The notes under the pieces were generated by a model that was given only the letters and a program-made list of their open reading frames with translations, was not told the origin of the DNA and did not search any database. 64,000 nt of DNA from Candidatus Brocadiales bacterium (lineage in GTDB: Bacteria; Planctomycetota; Brocadiia; Brocadiales; Bathyanammoxibiaceae): NCBI GenBank assembly GCA_046758865.1, contig JBHIBD010000001.1, positions 7,443-71,442 on the forward strand, given 5' to 3'. How positions within the stretch are numbered: position 1 is the stretch's first letter; every line of letters starts with the position of its first letter. Position numbers and translations under genes: made by a program. This document shows, in pieces, positions 59,114 to 64,000 of the stretch.

Positions 59114-61156
59114 ATGCAAGTCCGATTACTCCTTGGTTTAGTTTTACTTGTAGCTTTTTACTGTTTTAGCCTAGTTGGATGTCAGTCTACTGCCCTACAG
59201 CGAAAAGATACCCACTACGCAAAGCTTAGTTCATTACCGACTGACGTAAAATTCCCAGAAAATCTCAAAAGCAAGATACGCTACGACACGGATAATGAGC
59301 GCCTGGTTCTTAAGGGGGTTATGACTGAAGATGAAAGAGACAAATTGCTGAAGTTGTCCAAAAACGTTCCGTATACGGCAGCTATCGGAACACTTTACCA
59401 TAAACAGCAGAATAATACAAAAAGAAAACAACGGCCCTCCAGTGAAACTGATACTTCTAAAAGCATGACAGCACTAAAGGATACAACGAAGGAAGCTACA
59501 AAGGATATCCAAGAGAAGGAAATTTTGAAAGAACTTGCTGAAGAATCGCCAAAAGGACATAAAAAACCTCGTGCGAGTGCTACAGGCCTGGAAGAGCAAA
59601 AAGACATTGATCCGGTGGAAAAATGGGTTTCAGAGCCTCCAACCATCGAGGAGGGAAGCAAGGATTTCATAGAGGTTGCCGCCGCGCAAATAGTGCGTAA
59701 GTTTGAAGAGAGCTTTCCACCAACAAAGGGAAAGGACTTCACCGTCCTAGTGAAATCATTTACGACTCTTGACGGAAATCTGACTATGCTTTCGAGCCTT
59801 CTGGCAGAGGAACTTTTTACGCAACTCTCAAATAGCCCATGGGTGGGCGGTAGCCTGCGAATCTGTTGTAATCCCATAGATGGTGGCCTAGCACCTAATC
59901 GACTAGACGGGATAATAACGGGAAGCTTGGCAAAAATAGGAAAGGAAATAAAGATTAATGCTAGACTTGTCTCAGCAGATACTCACATATTAATATCCTC
60001 AATCTCAACAAGAATACCCGCGTCCGAAACCGCTGTGAGCCTTTTAGGGGCCGAAATAACCCCCAAAAGGCCCATAGAAAGTGAAGACCTGAATACGAGG
60101 CTGGACTCTCTGGCCTGGCAGGTGGAACAGATCTTGTACGACCTCCAGGGAGATAAGGAAGTTCCGCAAAGGCTATGTGTCCTGGATTTCCGCACGCTGG
60201 GAGGCAAGAAGAATTTCCTGGGGAAATTCTTGGCTGAAGAATGTAAACTAAGGCTTTCTAAGAATAAATTATGGAAGTTTGTTCCCACCGCTAGAGTTGA
60301 AAAACTTCTTGGCAGAGAGATCTCATCCATCTCAGATTTGACCATTACGGACCTTACAGAAGGACTGGCTGGAGGGTTGGGTATAGAGGCCATTATCGAA
60401 GGAACGGTCACAGACCTAGGCAACGGCGTTAAGGTGAACGTAAAGGTAGGTGATATAATGGAGGGTTTGACCTGGGGTACTGCTTCTGTGGATATACTAA
60501 GGGATAGAAGCGTCGAATTCCTTTTAAATAAAGACAATGGGCGAGTTCTAACCTCTGGCAGTTCCGTTAATGCGGGTGTGGTCAAGGAGGGTTTGAAGAC
60601 CGCTTACTCTGGGCAGAAAAGTGAGGTTTCTGTAGTAAACAGACTTGGAGAGGACTTTTTCCTGAGGGAAGATTTTTCCGACCCCGAGGTAGTACACCGC
60701 CTGCTCGAATGGGGTAATGATTTAATCATTACCAGTGAGGGAGAGAAGCGTTTCTTGGCATCACAAGAACCCAGATTCGTAAATGTGGGGAAGAAAATAG
60801 ATTTTCCAACAAACTTCACCCTGGGGTTTGAAGTGAAAGGAAGCAGCAAATATTGGAATACGTTGAAGTTTGCCGATGTTTCTGGTAATGAGTTTGGCTT
60901 AGATTTCCAACTCAACGAAGGCAACTGTTACATAGTGCTCCCCGGACCAAAGAGTGTAAGAGTAAGAGTAGACACCAACTCGGCTAATAAATTCAAGCTG
61001 GTCAGAAAGAATGGCTTTTATGAGGTATACGTAAATGATACCCTGGCATTAGCAGGGCCTTATTCCAAGTATACCCAGTTCAAGAGCTTCACTATAACAG
61101 CTCGATTAGACCAGATTCGTTTTACAGGTTTCCTGGGGAAGGTAATTAAGGGATAA
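59114..61156 (+). CDS. large lipoprotein (680 aa from the internal ATG), function unknown
   Basis: GGAGG lies 7 nt before the ATG at 59114. Lipobox LVGC. Lys/Glu-rich linker. Two copies of a hydrophobic-x-x-F..L.G...L...LAEE...LS motif. The beta-rich C-terminal domain looks like a lectin/LamG-type jelly roll. Confidence 0.7.
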   Translation: MQVRLLLGLVLLVAFYCFSLVGCQSTALQRKDTHYAKLSSLPTDVKFPENLKSKIRYDTDNERLVLKGVMTEDERDKLLKLSKNVPYTAAIGTLYHKQQNNTKRKQRPSSETDTSKSMTALKDTTKEATKDIQEKEILKELAEESPKGHKKPRASATGLEEQKDIDPVEKWVSEPPTIEEGSKDFIEVAAAQIVRKFEESFPPTKGKDFTVLVKSFTTLDGNLTMLSSLLAEELFTQLSNSPWVGGSLRICCNPIDGGLAPNRLDGIITGSLAKIGKEIKINARLVSADTHILISSISTRIPASETAVSLLGAEITPKRPIESEDLNTRLDSLAWQVEQILYDLQGDKEVPQRLCVLDFRTLGGKKNFLGKFLAEECKLRLSKNKLWKFVPTARVEKLLGREISSISDLTITDLTEGLAGGLGIEAIIEGTVTDLGNGVKVNVKVGDIMEGLTWGTASVDILRDRSVEFLLNKDNGRVLTSGSSVNAGVVKEGLKTAYSGQKSEVSVVNRLGEDFFLREDFSDPEVVHRLLEWGNDLIITSEGEKRFLASQEPRFVNVGKKIDFPTNFTLGFEVKGSSKYWNTLKFADVSGNEFGLDFQLNEGNCYIVLPGPKSVRVRVDTNSANKFKLVRKNGFYEVYVNDTLALAGPYSKYTQFKSFTITARLDQIRFTGFLGKVIKG

Positions 61157-61356
61157 CCTGTGAGCTTGCGATTCTTTTATTGTTTAACCCCTCCCTCACC
61201 TTTACAGAAGCCCCCCTTTTCGGGACCGTCTGCCCTTCCTTCTCATAAATCACACCCAATGTAGATAGAAAAAGCCTGCTTGCCGAGGTTCCCAAAGGTA
61301 TGTCATCGGATAATAGAGGGCTTTATTATTTTCCTATGTGAATATGACGTTATAAG

Positions 61357-62454
61357 ATGTATAGGGTTATGGAAAAGTCAATGTATGCAGTTATTCTCGC
61401 CGGTGGGTCAGGTACAAGACTGTGGCCGCTAAGCCGTCGAAACAAACCCAAGCACCAGATTAAGATGTCTTGCGGCCGATCACTACTTCAGCAGGCCTAT
61501 GACAGAATATATCCCACTATTGACCCAAGCAACATCCTTGTAGTGACTACCTTGGAACAGGAAAGCGATATAAGGGCACAACTGCCCACTCTTCCCGCCG
61601 AGAACCTCCTGGTGGAGCCACTTGGCAGAAATACTGCAGCCTGTGTAGGGCTCGCTGCTGTTGCCATCAATAAGAGGTCTGAAGACTCGGTTGTGGCGGT
61701 ACTCACTGCAGACCACCTCATAAAGCCAAAAGAGAGATTTATCGAAATCCTAAGGTTTGGTGCACTTATGGCTTCAAGTTGTGAATGCCCTATAATCTTT
61801 GGCATAAAACCATCTTTTCCGTCAACCAATTATGGTTATGTTAAAAGGGGTGAAATGTTGCTAAGGGAGAAAGGCTTCAGGGTCTTCCAGTGTGAAGCTT
61901 TTACGGAAAAACCGGACCAAGAACTAGCAAAGAAACTACTGGACACGAAGGAATATTACTGGAACAGTGGCATGTTTGTGTGGAGGGTGGATTCGGTCCT
62001 TGACACGTTGAATAAATTAATGCCGCCACTTGCAAAGGCATTGCAGAGGATCGAGAGCAGCTTGGGTACTCCTACCGAAGGCCCAACCTTACGTGAGGAA
62101 TATGAAAAGCTCGATAGTGTCTCTATAGACTGTGGTGTTATGGAGAAGGTGAAAAATATTAGGGTGATTGAAGCGAATTTCGAATGGGCGGATGTAGGGG
62201 ACTGGAGCATTTTCGGAGAATTCTATGGCAAAAAACACGGTACAAATATTGTCATTGGCAAGCATTATGGCATTGATACATCAAATTGTGCTAGTATTGG
62301 CAACTCAGATGGTCTCTTAGTGACAGTTGGTGTCAAAGACCTTATAGTAATTCACACCCACGATGTTACCCTGGTCTGCCATAGAGATAGGGCAGGAGAG
62401 GCTAAAAGGCTCGTAGAAGAGTTGAAGGGAAAAGGATTTGAAGCGTACATCTAA
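61357..62454 (+). CDS. manC: mannose-1-phosphate guanylyltransferase (NTP_transferase only, no PMI/cupin domain)
   Basis: AVILAGGSGTRLWPLSRRNKPK and GYVKRGE...YWNSGMFVW. The start may be an internal Met (MEKSMY or MYAV). Confidence 0.8.
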   Translation: MYRVMEKSMYAVILAGGSGTRLWPLSRRNKPKHQIKMSCGRSLLQQAYDRIYPTIDPSNILVVTTLEQESDIRAQLPTLPAENLLVEPLGRNTAACVGLAAVAINKRSEDSVVAVLTADHLIKPKERFIEILRFGALMASSCECPIIFGIKPSFPSTNYGYVKRGEMLLREKGFRVFQCEAFTEKPDQELAKKLLDTKEYYWNSGMFVWRVDSVLDTLNKLMPPLAKALQRIESSLGTPTEGPTLREEYEKLDSVSIDCGVMEKVKNIRVIEANFEWADVGDWSIFGEFYGKKHGTNIVIGKHYGIDTSNCASIGNSDGLLVTVGVKDLIVIHTHDVTLVCHRDRAGEAKRLVEELKGKGFEAYI

Positions 62455-62470
62455 ATATTTCCAAGTGTAC

Positions 62471-62516
62471 GTTTGATACAGTACCACAAGGTGGAGCAGA
62501 CGAGACTGTATCAAAC
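62471..62516. other. perfect 12-bp inverted repeat with 22-nt spacer
   Basis: GTTTGATACAGT (62471..62482) and ACTGTATCAAAC (62505..62516). An A-run follows on the plus strand. It does not have the form of a canonical terminator for either convergent gene. Confidence 0.6.
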
Positions 62517-62761
62517 AAAAATGGAAAAGCAAAAAAGGCGTGGGTTAAAAACTGACTATGCTGGTGAAACAACATCTTGCAAAGGGTTTTTAGCCAAGTT
62601 AGCTCATTTACTACGGCCTGCGAAGCCGGGAAGGGTCCTTACGCTGTTGCATTAGGCATCCCCCTAAAATATCTCTATATAATATTTATGTCTGCCGAGT
62701 TGGGAATCCAGGCCTGTTTGTCCTGTGCACTACATTATTACTATAGTTTGGAAGATAATGT

Positions 62762-63334
62762 TTATTTTTTCTCCTTTGGTCTGGCAGCTGGATATTTTGC
62801 GTAGAGTTTTTCCAGTTTATTCTCGAGTTTGGCTATCTTCTCTTTCATACTAGCCGCCGCCTTGGCGGCGGAACTGGCCTTTTTAGCAAGTTCCTTATTT
62901 TGTTCCAGTAAGAGCATGTGCAACCGTTTATTTTCATGGACGGTATCGTAGTATTCCAAACCCTGGCGCACTACCTTCTCAAGATGGTACCTATCCCACG
63001 GTTTAAGTATAAATTTAAATACGTCCACATTGTTTATTGCATCGGCCGCGGCCCGGATGTCTGCATAGCCAGTTATTGCTATCCTTACGGCATCGGGCGC
63101 AATCTCTTTGGTCTTCTCTAAGAATCCAACACCTGACATCACCGGCATCCTAATGTCCGAGATTATCAGCTCTACATTCTCATTGCGCAGGATATCCAGC
63201 CCTTCCTGGCCACTTCTCGCTGTAAGTACATTATAACCAAGCCTTGTAAAGGTCCTCTCCAATGAACCCAATACCTGTTCATCATCATCCACTATCATTA
63301 TTGTGTACTTTTTTTGCTTCATCGGCCGCAGCAC
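62762..63334 (-). CDS. response regulator: receiver domain plus coiled-coil tail, no recognisable output domain
   Basis: IMIVDDDEQVL...LIISDIRMPVMSG...AITGYAD...KPW, then a Lys/Ala-rich helical tail. Confidence 0.85.
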   Translation of the reverse strand: MLRPMKQKKYTIMIVDDDEQVLGSLERTFTRLGYNVLTARSGQEGLDILRNENVELIISDIRMPVMSGVGFLEKTKEIAPDAVRIAITGYADIRAAADAINNVDVFKFILKPWDRYHLEKVVRQGLEYYDTVHENKRLHMLLLEQNKELAKKASSAAKAAASMKEKIAKLENKLEKLYAKYPAARPKEKK

Positions 63335-63343
63335 CTATCTGCG

Positions 63344-64000
63344 TTATGTTGCAGAGATATCAGATTCTGTTCTAAGGGGAAGAGTTATCTTGAACGTCGT
63401 ACCTTTTCCGACGGTGCTCGTCACCTCTATGTTGCCTTCCACCTGTGTAACCAGATTGTAAACGATGCTCAATCCGAGTCCTGTGCCCTTACCTACATCT
63501 TTTGTAGTAAAAAACGGGTCAAAGACCCTCTTTAAATCTTCTTCTGGGATGCCCACACCCGTATCACTTATTTCGGCACAGACCGTTTGCCCTTGCTGGT
63601 AGGTTTTAATATGTATTTCTCCATACTCGGGGATTGCGTGGGTCGCATTTACAAGCAGGTTTGTAAATATCTGGGCAAGGTAGTGAGGATAACACAGTAT
63701 CCGTGGGAGTTCGGCATAATCCTTCGTTATCTTTGCCTTGTGTTTGAGTTCGTGCCATGCAATCCTTAGAGCAGCTTCCATTGTTTTGTTTATGTCAACG
63801 TAGTCAAGTCTATCCTGTCCGGGATGCGAAAACTCAGATACCGCAGAAATCGTCCTACGTATCTGCTCTGTTCCCACCTTGGAGTCTTCCAGACAGGCCT
63901 TCATTTCCTCTAATGTGGGAAGAAGCTTTTTCTTATCTATTTGCTGCTCCTTGATGGAAATAATGTCCATAATGTAATCCTTCATCAGTTCGGCGTTATT
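63344..64000 (-). CDS. sensor histidine kinase, C-terminal part (gene continues past the right window edge)
   Basis: HATPase_c boxes QIFTNLLVNATHAI (N), DTGVGIPEE (G1) and GKGTGLGLSIV (G2). The frame stays open upstream of the track Met to position 64000. Confidence 0.85.
   Translation of the reverse strand, partial: NNAELMKDYIMDIISIKEQQIDKKKLLPTLEEMKACLEDSKVGTEQIRRTISAVSEFSHPGQDRLDYVDINKTMEAALRIAWHELKHKAKITKDYAELPRILCYPHYLAQIFTNLLVNATHAIPEYGEIHIKTYQQGQTVCAEISDTGVGIPEEDLKRVFDPFFTTKDVGKGTGLGLSIVYNLVTQVEGNIEVTSTVGKGTTFKITLPLRTESDISAT

Noticed and set aside
59395-60585. 160-aa and 200-aa minus-strand ORFs inside the lipoprotein gene.
   Set aside because: They are shadow ORFs of the 680-aa plus-strand gene, which has an SD, a lipobox and internally repeated motifs. 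The antisense products are Ser/Leu/Pro-rich with no features.

Overview
This 64-kb bacterial window has moderate overall GC and AGG/AGA/ATA-rich codon usage. I cannot assign a lineage by eye. The number of radical-SAM genes suggests an anaerobe. Nearly all of it is one very large Wzx/Wzy-type surface-glycan (EPS/O-antigen/capsule-like) locus, and three other parts frame it. (1) Left edge, 1..4.3 kb: an open-ended DUF3800-like gene, then a small integrase-bearing element (short tyrosine recombinase, six small ORFs including RHH-like and Xis-like candidates, and four phased 11-bp iterons). This element abuts a tRNA-Lys(UUU)/tRNA-Glu(UUC) pair, and a second, truncated integrase lies on the far side of the tRNAs. 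(2) 4.4..35.5 kb, minus strand: about 27 tightly packed genes. They include a PglC/WbaP-type initiating phosphoglycosyl transferase, GT4 and GT2 transferases, a GT2/GT-C fusion, Wzx, a Wzy-like protein, a sugar dehydrogenase, a NodU-type carbamoyltransferase, four SAM methyltransferases, SDR epimerases, a DegT aminotransferase, a Gmd plus E1/ColD-like 3-dehydrase set, two B12-binding radical-SAM enzymes and one non-B12 radical-SAM enzyme. (3) 37.3..58.2 kb, plus strand, divergent from a duplicated bidirectional promoter at 37.1 kb. It carries Wza, a Wzz-type PCP, a separate BY-kinase, an O-antigen-ligase-family protein, a TPR protein, a geranylgeranyl-reductase-family flavoprotein, and a lower-GC heptose-like nucleotide-sugar module (split transketolase, GmhA, an HldE-like protein with reversed domain order, Nudix, an RmlD-like reductase and two paralogous radical-SAM enzymes). 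It ends with a Gtr/Arn-like module (GT2, two paralogous membrane/winged-helix proteins, a B12 radical-SAM enzyme, GT-C). (4) Right edge: a second copy of a 163-aa CarboxypepD_reg-like membrane protein, a 680-aa lipoprotein, ManC, and a convergent response regulator/histidine kinase pair that is truncated by the window edge. The locus holds six intact radical-SAM genes and several gene fragments (two B12 radical-SAM remnants, a GT2 tail, a Uma2 pseudogene), which point to repeated cassette replacement. I saw no CRISPR array, no rRNA and no recognised defense system. All functional calls rest on motifs read from the supplied translations. No database search was possible.
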